Source: a virus
Taxonomy: Duplodnaviria > Heunggongvirae > Uroviricota > Caudoviricetes
Length of the DNA: 40,427 nucleotides
Virus record (IMG/VR): IMGVR_UViG_2636416136_000013
Coordinates: 1-40,427 of that record
Reading direction: 5' to 3' (one strand)
This document shows, piece after piece, positions 7,563 to 16,437 of the stretch. The position numbers and the translations under genes are program-made. Under the pieces are notes generated by a model. That model saw nothing but the letters and a program-made list of their open reading frames with translations, searched no databases and was not told the DNA's origin. Position 1 is the first letter of the stretch. Every line of letters begins with the position of its first letter.

Positions 7563-8609
7563 TCACTCTGGTTCGCTGGGGAATATATTTATCAATTGCC
7601 CTGTTGAAATGTGCCCATTTTCTACAACCTCTAGGTATGAAATTTCAACAGTTGATTCTTTGGCTACAGCATTCAAAAACTCAAGAAGCTCATCAGTAGA
7701 TGTTATGTCGGCTGAGGTTTTTATGGTGAAAGATTCACCATTTGAAACCCTTATGACGTCAATATTTATGTCCTGATTTGTTTCTCCCGAGCGACGAACG
7801 CCAGTGACATAAAAGTTATCTCTTCTAGTTTCCTTTTTTCGATCAATTGATTGTCTTTGGTTTAAGGTATTCAACTGTTCTCTATTTACCACTCTCTGAC
7901 CAATTGTTACCCTCTCAACTGACGAGTCTTGAGCAAGCTTTTTAAGCAACTTGCTTTTACCATCCTCGCCGTGAGCCAGAACCTCTCTGCTAATGTTTGT
8001 TTGACCGCTAATCAACAACTTGAGCACATTGTCTTGTGCTTCGTTTACCGCTTTGGTGCTTTTTTCCACCAATTGCACCTGAGAATCTTGGTCATGTCGC
8101 TGTGTTTCGTAGTACTCATTGATCCACTTATAGCCTACCGTGCTGGCAGCTAAGACGATAGCGGCGACGGCGCATAGTGCTTGCCTTCCTGTCATTTTGC
8201 CTATCGCTTGAGTAAACACTGTCACCACTCCGTTTACAATCGGATCTGAGTCACCATCCGCTTGGCTTGAGCCTTCGCTTATTCGGTAGACAATATCCAG
8301 CAAACCTTTCTCTGCATCTTTTAGCTTCTGCCGATTATGAGTGCTGTGACTGACTACCGTAAATGCTTTTTGTATTTCATGCGTAAGCTCTGCCATACCA
8401 AAAAGCATTGACGCAGTCAATGAAGAATTATATCTATTTGGATCGCCTTTTACATTAATATTGATCTTTGGCCATCCACTGAAAACTACGTTAGGGAATG
8501 TGAAGTCGCTTGAGTCGATATCCTTCCTTCCGAGCATTTCTGTTACAAAAGATACAAAGTCGTCTTCTGACTTGATAACATATTGCGCAGGTTGATCAAT
8601 CGCTGACAT
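7563..8609 (-). CDS. Hypothetical 348-aa protein with one central hydrophobic segment, in the rexAB-equivalent position
   Basis: Starts 25 nt downstream of the cI stop on the same strand, with AAGGA Shine-Dalgarno 7 nt upstream; hydrophobic stretch ALCAVAAIVLAASTVGY mid-protein; followed by a terminator. No recognisable family. Confidence 0.7.
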   Translation of the reverse strand: MSAIDQPAQYVIKSEDDFVSFVTEMLGRKDIDSSDFTFPNVVFSGWPKININVKGDPNRYNSSLTASMLFGMAELTHEIQKAFTVVSHSTHNRQKLKDAEKGLLDIVYRISEGSSQADGDSDPIVNGVVTVFTQAIGKMTGRQALCAVAAIVLAASTVGYKWINEYYETQRHDQDSQVQLVEKSTKAVNEAQDNVLKLLISGQTNISREVLAHGEDGKSKLLKKLAQDSSVERVTIGQRVVNREQLNTLNQRQSIDRKKETRRDNFYVTGVRRSGETNQDINIDVIRVSNGESFTIKTSADITSTDELLEFLNAVAKESTVEISYLEVVENGHISTGQLINIFPSEPE

Positions 8610-8634
8610 TCTTAATCCTTAACATCCATTCCTA

Positions 8635-9288
8635 TCACCCAAACGTCTCTTCTGGCCACTGGCTGGCGATAACTTTCCCTACAACGGAACAGCTATCATT
8701 GCATGGGATCATTGGATATTGCGGGTTTAGTGGTTGTAGGAACACCTGACCGCTATCCCTGATCAGTTTCTTGAAGGTAAACTCGTCACCACCAAGTCTG
8801 GCTATGCAGAAATCACCTGGCTCAACAGCCTGCTCAGGGTCAACGAGAATTAACATCCCGTCAGGAAAGCTTGGCTTGGATCCTGTTGGTGCGGTCATGG
8901 AATTACCTTCAACTTCAAGCCAAAACGCACAATCACTGGCTTTTTTGGTTGTGCTGACCCATCTCTCCGCATCACCTTTGGTAAAGGTTCTAAGCTCAGG
9001 CGAGAACATCCCGGCCTGAACATGAGAAAAAACAGGGTACTCATATTGTTTTTTAACGGGGGCAGATGAGTATTCGCCAACAGGTGAAAATGTACCGTCG
9101 TGGTTGAATGAGACGTTATCAATACCAAGGTATTTAAACACCACACCAATCTCGTCAAGAGATGGATGACGAGATCCGCGCAACCAGTGACCAATTCCAC
9201 CCTGCGTCATACCAAGCTCTTCAGCCAACTTCTCTTGAGTTATGCCGAGCTCTTTCATTCTGGATCTAGCCAGTTCATACCATTTCAT
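8635..9288 (-). CDS. cI: CI-type prophage repressor (lambda-identical C-terminal domain, distinct HTH N-terminal domain)
   Basis: C-terminal ~130 aa ([38 protein letters not shown]...[12 protein letters not shown]) matches lambda CI including the Ala-Gly cleavage site and Ser/Lys catalytic residues; N-terminal HTH ([35 protein letters not shown]) differs. Start set at MKWYE (AGGA 7 nt upstream). Confidence 0.92.
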   Translation of the reverse strand: MKWYELARSRMKELGITQEKLAEELGMTQGGIGHWLRGSRHPSLDEIGVVFKYLGIDNVSFNHDGTFSPVGEYSSAPVKKQYEYPVFSHVQAGMFSPELRTFTKGDAERWVSTTKKASDCAFWLEVEGNSMTAPTGSKPSFPDGMLILVDPEQAVEPGDFCIARLGGDEFTFKKLIRDSGQVFLQPLNPQYPMIPCNDSCSVVGKVIASQWPEETFG

Positions 9289-9350
9289 TTTCATATCCTT
9301 ATTATTACGCTCTGTACTAAAACCATCCATGCACAAGATGTATTTTTTGT

Positions 9351-9379
9351 TTGCATTCCAAAAGTACATATCGTATTAT
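9351..9379 (+). promoter_or_regulatory. Candidate PR promoter with overlapping OR operator
   Basis: TTGCAT (9351..9356), 17-nt spacer, TATTAT (9374..9379); the spacer contains AAGTACATATCGTATT, resembling the OL palindrome. Confidence 0.6.
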
Positions 9380-9405
9380 TGTCTCATGGTTACTATGGAG
9401 GGCAT

Positions 9406-9621
9406 ATGAGCAACCTACGAAAATATCGAGAGTCACTGAATATCTCTCAAACAACACTTGCTAAGGCGGTTGGATGCACACAGGGAGCTATTGGGCATTG
9501 GGAATCTGGTCGTCGCTTCCCAGACCTTAAAACATGCCGCGCTCTTGTTGCATGCCTAAACAAGTTAGGCGCAAAAGTCAGTCTTGATGACGTGTTCCCT
9601 CCGGAACACAAAGCCGCTTAA
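9406..9621 (+). CDS. cro: Cro-like HTH repressor (XRE family)
   Basis: 71 aa, MSNLRKYRESLNISQTTLAKAVGCTQGAIGHWESGRRFPD...; GGAGGG Shine-Dalgarno; divergent from cI across the operator region. Confidence 0.75.
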   Translation: MSNLRKYRESLNISQTTLAKAVGCTQGAIGHWESGRRFPDLKTCRALVACLNKLGAKVSLDDVFPPEHKAA

Positions 9622-9629
9622 GACATTCC

Positions 9630-9661
9630 CGCTCTTACACATTCCAGCCCTGAAAAAGGGC
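9630..9661 (+). promoter_or_regulatory. nutR site (boxA CGCTCTTAC and boxB GCCCTGAAAAAGGGC)
   Basis: Sequence between cro and cII matches lambda nutR boxA/boxB. Confidence 0.85.
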
Positions 9662-9740
9662 ATCAAATTAAACCACACCTATGGTGTATGCATTTATTTG
9701 CATACATTCAATCAATTGTTATCTAAGGAAATACTTACAT

Positions 9741-10034
9741 ATGGTTCGTGCAAACAAACGCAACGAGGCTCTAAGAATCGAGAGTGCGTTGCTTAACAAA
9801 ATCGCAATGCTTGGAACTGAGAAGACAGCGGAAGCTGTGGGAGTTGATAAGTCGCAGATCAGCAGGTGGAAGAGGGACTGGATTCCAAAGTTCTCAATGC
9901 TGCTTGCTGTTCTTGAATGGGGTGTCGTCGACGACGACATGGCTCGATTGGCACGACAAGTTGCTTCGATTCTCACCAATAAAAAACGCCCGGCGGCAAC
10001 CGAGCGTTCTGAACAAATACAAATGGAATTTTAA
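9741..10034 (+). CDS. cII: Transcriptional activator CII
   Basis: MVRANKRNEALRIESALLNKIAMLGTEKTAEAVGVDKSQISRWKRDWIPKFSMLLAVLEWGVVDDDMARLARQVASILTNKKRPAATERSEQIQMEF is essentially lambda CII; the upstream sequence ttgcatacattcaatcaattgttatctaaggaaatacttacat also matches lambda. Confidence 0.95.
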   Translation: MVRANKRNEALRIESALLNKIAMLGTEKTAEAVGVDKSQISRWKRDWIPKFSMLLAVLEWGVVDDDMARLARQVASILTNKKRPAATERSEQIQMEF

Positions 10035-10056
10035 TAACATCCAACTAGGCAATTAT

Positions 10057-10329
10057 ATGCGAAACAAAGGCTTTAATCCACCTGATACACACAAAGAAGC
10101 TAAGCGTTTGCGCTTCCTTCGTTCCATTGATGAAAGAACTCAAATCTCTTTTGTGAAAGTTGCCAGAACTGAGCTTCTGAAGGCTGAGGCGAGGGCGTTG
10201 CTCCCGTCTCTACCAAAAGAGGAGGGATATACGTTCATTCCAAACGCATTTCTGGAAAAGCTGCTCAAAGAAGACATATCCGTAAGTCAGTTTAACGATG
10301 TTCTTAAGGTCTTTCGTCAAGGCAGGTAG
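10057..10329 (+). CDS. Hypothetical protein (90 aa) between cII and the replication genes
   Basis: ORF frame 9784..10329, start set at MRNKGFNPPDTHKEAKRLRFL... just downstream of the cII stop. Confidence 0.5.
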   Translation: MRNKGFNPPDTHKEAKRLRFLRSIDERTQISFVKVARTELLKAEARALLPSLPKEEGYTFIPNAFLEKLLKEDISVSQFNDVLKVFRQGR

Positions 10330-10331
10330 TT

Positions 10332-11279
10332 ATGAGCAATACAGCAAAAATCTACGATTTCAGCGCCGCACACGAGCGCAGGAGCAACAGGATGGAGAAC
10401 CAGAAAACTGGTTACATTCCGTTGTACCGGAGCATTCTGAAACAGTCATGGGCGAAAGATGTTTATCTTCGCACCCTGTGGGAAAACCTTCTCCTGAATG
10501 CCGCCAGAAAGCCATACAAAGCGAATTTCAAAGGTCATGAATGGCATCTGCAACCCGGTCAACTGGTTGTGACAGCAGCTGATTTAGGTCTTCAGTTATG
10601 CGACAGGCATGGCAAGCCGGCAAGCCGTGATCAGGTTGAGCGGATGCTTCAGGTTTTTGTGAAAGAGGGGATGATCTCCATTGATGGGGAGAAGCAAAAA
10701 GGTCGTGTGATAACCATCACAAATTACCATGAATATGCTCAAAAAATGGACAATTCACCCGCACATGAAGCCGCACAAACAACCGCACATGAAGCCGCAC
10801 ATGATGAAGCCAGTAATGGCGCGGCTTTCAGCGCACATGCCGCACATGAAAGCGCACATGAAGCCACACAAACAACCGCACATCATGAACAAGAAGGTAT
10901 TAACAAGAATATAAATAATACCCCCCTACCCCCCAATGGGGGAGGCGATGGGCAGGTTAAACCTGAACGTCGCAAGGCAGAACGAATCGACTACGAATCC
11001 TTCCTGAACGCCTACAACACCGAAGTCGGTGACAGACTGCCACACGCTGTTGCGGTCAACGAGAAACGCAAACGCCGCCTGAAGAAAATCATCCCGCAAC
11101 TGAAAACGCCAAACGTGGACGGTTTCAGAGCGTATGTCAGGGCGTTTGTACATCAGGCCAAGCCGTTTTACTTCGGAGACAACGACACTGGCTGGACGGC
11201 AGATTTTGATTACCTGCTGAGGGAAGATTCGTTAACGGGAGTTCGGGAAGGGAAGTTTGCAGACAGGGGGATTGCATGA
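10332..11279 (+). CDS. O: Replication initiation protein (O-like; internal repeat-encoded linker)
   Basis: Located where lambdoid phages encode O / P22 gene 18; [10 protein letters not shown] start resembles lambda O; central region encodes repeated AHEA/TTAH units from DNA direct repeats; stop overlaps the helicase start (ATGA). Confidence 0.75.
   Translation: MSNTAKIYDFSAAHERRSNRMENQKTGYIPLYRSILKQSWAKDVYLRTLWENLLLNAARKPYKANFKGHEWHLQPGQLVVTAADLGLQLCDRHGKPASRDQVERMLQVFVKEGMISIDGEKQKGRVITITNYHEYAQKMDNSPAHEAAQTTAHEAAHDEASNGAAFSAHAAHESAHEATQTTAHHEQEGINKNINNTPLPPNGGGDGQVKPERRKAERIDYESFLNAYNTEVGDRLPHAVAVNEKRKRRLKKIIPQLKTPNVDGFRAYVRAFVHQAKPFYFGDNDTGWTADFDYLLREDSLTGVREGKFADRGIA
10758..10899 (+). 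repeat. Iteron-like direct repeats inside the O-like gene (candidate replication origin) followed by an AT-rich stretch
   Basis: Multiple copies of CGCACATGAAGCC / GCACATG units within ~140 bp, then aacaagaatataaataata and a C-rich/G-rich inverted element; the same layout as ori-lambda inside O. Confidence 0.6.
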
Positions 11280-13669
11280 GACAGGATATCGAAGCGAGCG
11301 TTATCGGTGGCCTGCTGATTGGTGGATTAACTCCAACCGCCAGTGACGTTCTGGCAACGCTTGAGCCGGAAGCGTTTTCAATTCCGCTCTACAGGAAAGC
11401 CTTCGAAGTTATCCGTAAGCAGGCGAGAAACAGAAATCTAATCGACGCGCTGATGGTTGCCGAGGCGTGCGGAGAGGAGCATTTCACGTCAATCCTGATG
11501 ACCAGCAAAAACTGCCCGAGTACCGCAAACCTGAAGGGATATGCCGGAATGGTCGCGGATAACTATCACCGCCGTCTGGTGCTGGAAATCATGGATGAAA
11601 TGCGTGAACCAATTCAGAGCGGAACCATCGACGCGTCGAGTCAGGCGATGGATGAACTTGTAAAGCGTCTCTCAGCTATCAGAAAGCCCCGTGACGAGGT
11701 TAAACCGGTACGCTTAGGGGAAATCATCACCGACTACACTGACACGCTTGACAGGCGTCTGAGGAACGGAGAAGAGTCAGATACCCTGAAGACCGGAATC
11801 GAAGAACTTGATGCCATCACCGGAGGGATGAACGCGGAAGACCTGGTGATAATCGCTGCTCGTCCTGGTATGGGGAAAGCAATGGCGCTAAGCGAAGGGA
11901 TTTTACTTGCAGATGGCACCTGGACTACTCACGGAGAAGTCAAAATTGGCGATCGCATCGCGTCAATAGACGGGCTTCCTTCGGAGGTAATTGGCGTCTT
12001 CCCACAAGGGAAGAAATTCACATATTTAGTCACCTTTGAAGACGGACGTAGCGTGAAATGTGCCGACAACCACTTATGGGAAATTTCATCATCAAGATTT
12101 ACTGGTAAACGCGTTGTTGATACTGATGCGCTGGCTGGGATGCTACAAAAAACACGTTATCAGGGAAGAATAAGAGTGCCATCCTTGACCGGAGACTTTG
12201 GTAAAAATATTTCCCTTGATGGTTGGGTTATTGGTGCTCTACTTGGTGACGGTTCGTTGATAAAAGGCATCAAATTCACCAACTCGGAAGAATATGTCCT
12301 GAGCCGCATGAGTGATGCAATTGCACCATTGCGACTGGTTAAGGTAGGAGAGAATGATTATTTGATAAGCAACCAAAAAGGCCAGAAGAACCCACTATTG
12401 GACAAACTACGTGGCATTGGGGTGATCGGGAAAGGTGCGTCCGAGAAGGAAATCCCAGCAGAAATTTTTAGTGCTAGCAAAGAAATACGTACCGGTGTTT
12501 TAACTGGCCTTCTCGAGACAGATGGCTGGGTTGAGAAGTCCGGATGCATCCGCTTTAGTTCATCCAGTCAGAAATTAGCTAAAGGATTAGTAAGGCTTGT
12601 TAGATCTTTAGGTGGAACCGCCAAAGAATCCAGCAGGACGGGAATAGTTTACACGTACAAAGGAGAGAAGCATGACGGACTTGATGCACACATGGTCAGC
12701 ATGAAGTTGCCATCATCTTTGATAGAGCAAATTCACTCACCACGTTTACGCAAAAATCTCGGGATTAACAGGCTTGGCGACCTTGGTGTGGGTATCAAAT
12801 CGGTTGAAGTTGTTGAGCCAGAAGAGTGTCTCTGCATCATGGTAAGCCATCCTAGCCATCTCTATGTGACAACGGATTACATCGTTACGCACAATACGGA
12901 ACTGGCGCTGAAGATTGCCGAAGGCGTTGCAAGCCGCGTTATTCCTGGTTCTGACGTCCGGCGCGGGGTATTGATTTTCTCAATGGAAATGAGCGCATTG
13001 CAGATTGCAGAGCGAAGCATTGCCAACGCCGGGAGGATGTCGGTTAGCGTACTGCGAAATCCTGCATCGATGGATGACGAAGGCTGGGCGCGCGTTGCTA
13101 ACGGCATGAGTCAGCTTGCAGATTTGGATGTATGGGTAGTCGATGCCTCGCGGTTATCGGTCGAAGAAATACGCTCAATCGCAGAACGGCACAAACAGGA
13201 AAATCCAAACCTGTCACTCATCATGGCGGATTATCTTGGCCTGATTGAGAAGCCGAAAGCAGATCGCAACGACCTCGCAATTGCTCACATCTCCGGAAGC
13301 CTTAAGGCGATGGCGAAAGACCTGAAAACGCCTGTGATCTCCCTAAGTCAGCTTTCGCGCGATGTTGAGAAGCGACCAAACAAACGCCCGACAAACGCAG
13401 ATTTGCGTGATTCAGGAAGCATTGAACAGGACGCAGACTCAATCATCATGCTCTATCGGGAAGCGGTATATGACGAGAACAGTAGCGCCGCGCCATTTGC
13501 TGAAATCATCGTGACGAAAAACCGTTTTGGCTCACTTGGTACGGTTTACCAGCGGTTCTGTAACGGACACTTTGTTGCATGTGACCAGGATGAAGCCAGA
13601 CAGATTTGCACAGCATCAAATGCACCTGCTGCGCGTGGCAGACGATATGCACAAGGGGCTGACGTATGA
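11276..13669 (+). CDS. DnaB-family replicative helicase interrupted by an intein
   Basis: Walker A ...[11 protein letters not shown] is split from [10 protein letters not shown]...; C-terminal DnaB motifs follow ([49 protein letters not shown]). The exteins alone total ~458 aa, normal for DnaB. Confidence 0.9.
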   Translation: MRQDIEASVIGGLLIGGLTPTASDVLATLEPEAFSIPLYRKAFEVIRKQARNRNLIDALMVAEACGEEHFTSILMTSKNCPSTANLKGYAGMVADNYHRRLVLEIMDEMREPIQSGTIDASSQAMDELVKRLSAIRKPRDEVKPVRLGEIITDYTDTLDRRLRNGEESDTLKTGIEELDAITGGMNAEDLVIIAARPGMGKAMALSEGILLADGTWTTHGEVKIGDRIASIDGLPSEVIGVFPQGKKFTYLVTFEDGRSVKCADNHLWEISSSRFTGKRVVDTDALAGMLQKTRYQGRIRVPSLTGDFGKNISLDGWVIGALLGDGSLIKGIKFTNSEEYVLSRMSDAIAPLRLVKVGENDYLISNQKGQKNPLLDKLRGIGVIGKGASEKEIPAEIFSASKEIRTGVLTGLLETDGWVEKSGCIRFSSSSQKLAKGLVRLVRSLGGTAKESSRTGIVYTYKGEKHDGLDAHMVSMKLPSSLIEQIHSPRLRKNLGINRLGDLGVGIKSVEVVEPEECLCIMVSHPSHLYVTTDYIVTHNTELALKIAEGVASRVIPGSDVRRGVLIFSMEMSALQIAERSIANAGRMSVSVLRNPASMDDEGWARVANGMSQLADLDVWVVDASRLSVEEIRSIAERHKQENPNLSLIMADYLGLIEKPKADRNDLAIAHISGSLKAMAKDLKTPVISLSQLSRDVEKRPNKRPTNADLRDSGSIEQDADSIIMLYREAVYDENSSAAPFAEIIVTKNRFGSLGTVYQRFCNGHFVACDQDEARQICTASNAPAARGRRYAQGADV
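11879..12895 (+). mobile_element. Intein (~339 aa) with a LAGLIDADG homing-endonuclease domain inserted in the helicase P-loop
   Basis: Block A-like A(M)[13 protein letters not shown] after GMGK; block B NHLW; two LAGLIDADG motifs ([13 protein letters not shown] and [14 protein letters not shown]); block F ECLCIMV; block G YIVTHN followed by Thr. The exact N-terminal boundary is uncertain by about 2 residues. Confidence 0.8.
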
Positions 13670-13693
13670 CCATCTACATCACTGAGCTAATAA

Positions 13694-13727
13694 CAGGCCT
13701 GCTGGTAATCGCAGGCCTTTTTATTTT
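13694..13727 (+). terminator. Rho-independent terminator after the helicase gene
   Basis: Stem CAGGCCTGC/GCAGGCCTT with loop, followed by TTTTTATTTT. Confidence 0.7.
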
Positions 13728-13741
13728 GGGGAGAGGGAAGT

Positions 13742-14068
13742 GTGGCTGACTGGCAAATTCCAATCATCATTCTTGCCGGAGCTTCGCTGGTTGCTGGCTT
13801 TATCCTGCTGAAAAAGCATAAAGACCGTGATCAAAAAGTCGAAGTTCTCTATGGGTATCCAGCGAACAGCACAACATGGCTGACCATTTACCACTACCGA
13901 AAATCAGGACGCTGGGTATTCGAATGGGATGATCTATTCGCTGAAAAGCGATCAAAGTCATGGGGAGACATCAGCGAATGCATGATGTTTGAAGAAAGAA
14001 AATCCGGCGCAACCCGAGAAGAGTTTAACGAAGCGTGGGCGCGATTAAGTGAGAGAGGGTATCAATGA
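13742..14068 (+). CDS. Hypothetical small membrane protein (108 aa; GTG start)
   Basis: GGGGAGAGGGAAG Shine-Dalgarno then GTG; N-terminal hydrophobic segment IPIIILAGASLVAGFILL. Confidence 0.5.
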   Translation: MADWQIPIIILAGASLVAGFILLKKHKDRDQKVEVLYGYPANSTTWLTIYHYRKSGRWVFEWDDLFAEKRSKSWGDISECMMFEERKSGATREEFNEAWARLSERGYQ

Positions 14069-14301
14069 GCAAAATTAAATCTGGTTATCCAGGGAATGGG
14101 GAATACCCGAAGCCATATTTACCTGTAACTGTGACCACTCAATCTAGGCATCCACATCATTTCAAGCAAAGTGGTACAGCTTATTGGAGTGGCAATCGGT
14201 GGATAGGTATTGATGGGTTCAAAATTGGGTATGCAAAGGTAATTAAATGGGAATTTAACATCGCAAACTGGAGTTCATCCCATGAGGAAACTAACGTTTG
14301 A
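14065..14301 (+). CDS. Hypothetical protein (78 aa)
   Basis: ORF overlapping the previous stop; no recognisable motifs. Confidence 0.4.
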   Translation: MSKIKSGYPGNGEYPKPYLPVTVTTQSRHPHHFKQSGTAYWSGNRWIGIDGFKIGYAKVIKWEFNIANWSSSHEETNV

Positions 14302-14722
14302 ACTAAGAAGCCACATCCATCAGCAGAACGCTATTCACGCAGTACAGCAAATCATTCCAGACCCAACCAAACCAATCGTAGTAACCATTCAGGAACGCAA
14401 CCGCAGCTTAGACCAAAACAGGAAGCTATGGGCCTGCTTAGGTGACGTCTCTCGTCAGGTTGAATGGCATGGTCGCTGGCTGGATGCAGAAAGCTGGAAG
14501 TGTGTGTTTACCGCAGCATTAAAGCAGCAGGATGTTGTTCCTAACCTTGCCGGGAATGGCTTTGTGGTAATAGGCCAGTCAACCAGCAGGATGCGTGTAA
14601 ACGAATTTGCGGAGCTATTAGAGCTTATACAGGCATTCGGTACAGAACGTGGCGTTAAGTGGTCAGACGAAGCGCGACTGGCTCTCGAATGGAAAGCGCG
14701 ATGGGGAGATCGGGCAGCATGA
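14282..14722 (+). CDS. ninB: NinB (Orf-family recombination mediator)
   Basis: ...[89 protein letters not shown]... matches lambda NinB as recalled. Confidence 0.9.
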   Translation: MRKLTFELRSHIHQQNAIHAVQQIIPDPTKPIVVTIQERNRSLDQNRKLWACLGDVSRQVEWHGRWLDAESWKCVFTAALKQQDVVPNLAGNGFVVIGQSTSRMRVNEFAELLELIQAFGTERGVKWSDEARLALEWKARWGDRAA

Positions 14723-14892
14723 TGCGATGTTATCGGTGCGGTGAATGCAAAGAAGATAACCGCTTCCGACCAAATCAACCTTACTGGAATCGATGGTGTC
14801 TCCGGTGTGAAAGAACACCAACAGGGGTGTTACCACTACCGCAGGAAAAGGAGGACGTGTGGCGAGACAGCGACGAAGTATCACCGACATAA
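14719..14892 (+). CDS. ninD: NinD (small zinc-ribbon-like protein)
   Basis: [34 protein letters not shown]...; start overlaps the ninB stop. Confidence 0.75.
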
Positions 14893-15035
14893 TCTGTGAA
14901 AACTGCAAATACCTTCCAACGAAACGCTCCAGAAATAAACGCAAGCCAATCCCAAAAGAATCTGACGTAAAAACCTTCAACTACACGGCTCACCTGTGGG
15001 ATATCCGGTGGCTAAGACATCGTGCGAGGAAATGA
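14859..15035 (+). CDS. ninE: NinE-like protein (58 aa, GTG start; below the ORF-track cutoff)
   Basis: Manual translation: (M)[57 protein letters not shown]; overlaps the ninD 3' end in another frame as in lambda; stop forms ATGA with the next gene. Confidence 0.55.
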
Positions 15036-15421
15036 CAATGGATTATTCACAGTTAAGTGATTTTGAAATTAACGTGGCGGTATTCGAAGCCATTCATAAC
15101 GGATCACCGGATTACAAAGAAGGTGAGAATGGCGCGATGGTGTTTATCTCATTTGAGGGAGACATTGTAAACGGAGACGCAGTTGAAGTAGAGGTTGAGC
15201 GCGGATCCTTTAACCCATGCGCAAACCCAGCAGACGCATGGCCGATTATCACTGAAAACAACATCAGCATAATTTTAGACAATCCCTCAATGCCGTGCGC
15301 TACAGACAACGCAAGGGACTTATTTGATGATGCCGGACCGAATGTTGGTGTCGCATATGACAATCCACTCCGTGCCGCCATGATTGTCTTTCTCATGATG
15401 CAGGACGCCAATAATGCTTAG
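15032..15421 (+). CDS. Hypothetical nin-region protein (~130 aa)
   Basis: ORF frame 14996..15421, start set at MTMDYSQL... (ATGA overlap with ninE stop); acidic protein. Possibly NinX-like, from recollection only. Confidence 0.5.
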
Positions 15422-15590
15422 CCCATCCCAATCCCTTCAATACCAGAAAGAAAGCGTCGAGCGGGCTTTAACGTGCGCTAACTGCGGTCAGAAGCTGCAT
15501 GTGCTGGAAGTTCACGTGTGTGAGCACTGCTGCGCAGAACTGATGAGCGATCCGAATAGCTCAATGTACGAGGAAGAAGACGATGAGTGA
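15414..15590 (+). CDS. ninF: NinF (58 aa; below the ORF-track cutoff)
   Basis: Manual translation: [58 protein letters not shown], matching lambda NinF as recalled. Confidence 0.75.
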   Translation: MLSPSQSLQYQKESVERALTCANCGQKLHVLEVHVCEHCCAELMSDPNSSMYEEEDDE

Positions 15591-15795
15591 TTACCTGAAA
15601 TGGTATCTCTGCCACCGCTGGTTAATTAAGTTTGCTGTAAAAGACTGGATGACAGCGGATGCCAACAAGCTTAAGCAACGAAAGGACTATTACTACGCCA
15701 GAATGAAGGAAAACTACTGCTCAATTCGCACTCGCATATTTATTAAAAAAGACCTTCAGTCAATTCTTCAATTGCGAGGGAAGGTAAATGGCTAA
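15583..15795 (+). CDS. Hypothetical nin-region protein (70 aa)
   Basis: ORF whose start overlaps the ninF stop; no recognisable motifs. Confidence 0.4.
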   Translation: MSDYLKWYLCHRWLIKFAVKDWMTADANKLKQRKDYYYARMKENYCSIRTRIFIKKDLQSILQLRGKVNG

Positions 15796-16078
15796 CCTAC
15801 GCAAAGAAGCATGCGGCAGAGAATGCCAGGTACGTATTTACGGCGTATGCAATGGTAATCCTGAAACCACAGTTCTGGCACATTACCGGATGGCTGGAAT
15901 TTGCGGAACTGGAATGAAGCCTGACGACCTGATCGGCGCATGGGCTTGTAGCGCGTGTCACGATGAAATCGACCGACGCACCCATAATCTCGACAACAAA
16001 GACGCCAGGCTTTACCACCTCGAAGGCGTGATCAGGACGCAGTCGATACTGCTGAAGGAGGGGAAGATTAAGTCATGA
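15788..16078 (+). CDS. Hypothetical Cys/His-rich nin-region protein (96 aa), probably metal-binding
   Basis: CGRECQ...CNGN...CSACHDEIDRRTH pattern; a family assignment (DUF1364-like) is from memory only. Confidence 0.5.
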   Translation: MANLRKEACGRECQVRIYGVCNGNPETTVLAHYRMAGICGTGMKPDDLIGAWACSACHDEIDRRTHNLDNKDARLYHLEGVIRTQSILLKEGKIKS

Positions 16079-16437
16079 GCGAATATCAGTTTGTGCTTCC
16101 ATACCCGCCGTCGGTGAACACCTACTGGCGAAGACGGGGAAGCCAATACTACATCAGCGATAAAGGCCAGAAATACCGAAAAGACGTTCAGCAAATCATC
16201 CGCCAACTTAAGTTAGACATTTTCACCAAATCACGACTCCGCATCAAAGTCATCGCAGACGTTCCAGACTCCCGCCGCCGCGACCTCGACAACATCCTGA
16301 AAGGTTTACTCGACTCCCTTATCCACGCCGGATTTGCGGAAGACGACGAGCAATTCGATGACATTCGCGTAATTCGTGGCGTGAAAGTACCAGGCGGAAG
16401 GCTTGGAATAAAAATCACCGAACTGGAGAACGCATGA
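16075..16437 (+). CDS. rusA: RusA-family Holliday junction resolvase
   Basis: MSEYQFVLPYPPSVNTYWRRRG...DLDNILKGLLDSL...DDEQFDDIRV is the characteristic RusA pattern. Confidence 0.9.
   Translation: MSEYQFVLPYPPSVNTYWRRRGSQYYISDKGQKYRKDVQQIIRQLKLDIFTKSRLRIKVIADVPDSRRRDLDNILKGLLDSLIHAGFAEDDEQFDDIRVIRGVKVPGGRLGIKITELENA

Noticed and set aside
9166-9621. 151-aa plus-strand ORF spanning the cI N-terminus and cro
   Set aside because: The true cro starts at the internal ATG at 9406, downstream of the PR promoter and GGAGGG; the upstream part is an artefact of an open frame antisense to cI.
9784-10056. N-terminal extension of the 181-aa ORF overlapping cII
   Set aside because: It overlaps the nearly lambda-identical cII in another frame; the real gene most likely begins at the ATG at 10057, just after the cII stop.
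10758-10899. Possible CRISPR array, because of short direct repeats
   Set aside because: The repeats are about 12-18 bp, contiguous or overlapping with no unique spacers, and lie inside a replication-initiator gene; this fits origin iterons, not CRISPR.
10729-10914. ORF encoding a His/Pro/Lys/Met-rich repetitive peptide ([25 protein letters not shown]...)
   Set aside because: It is an alternate-frame reading of the iteron repeats inside the O-like gene; the repetitive composition comes from the DNA repeats, not a separate gene.
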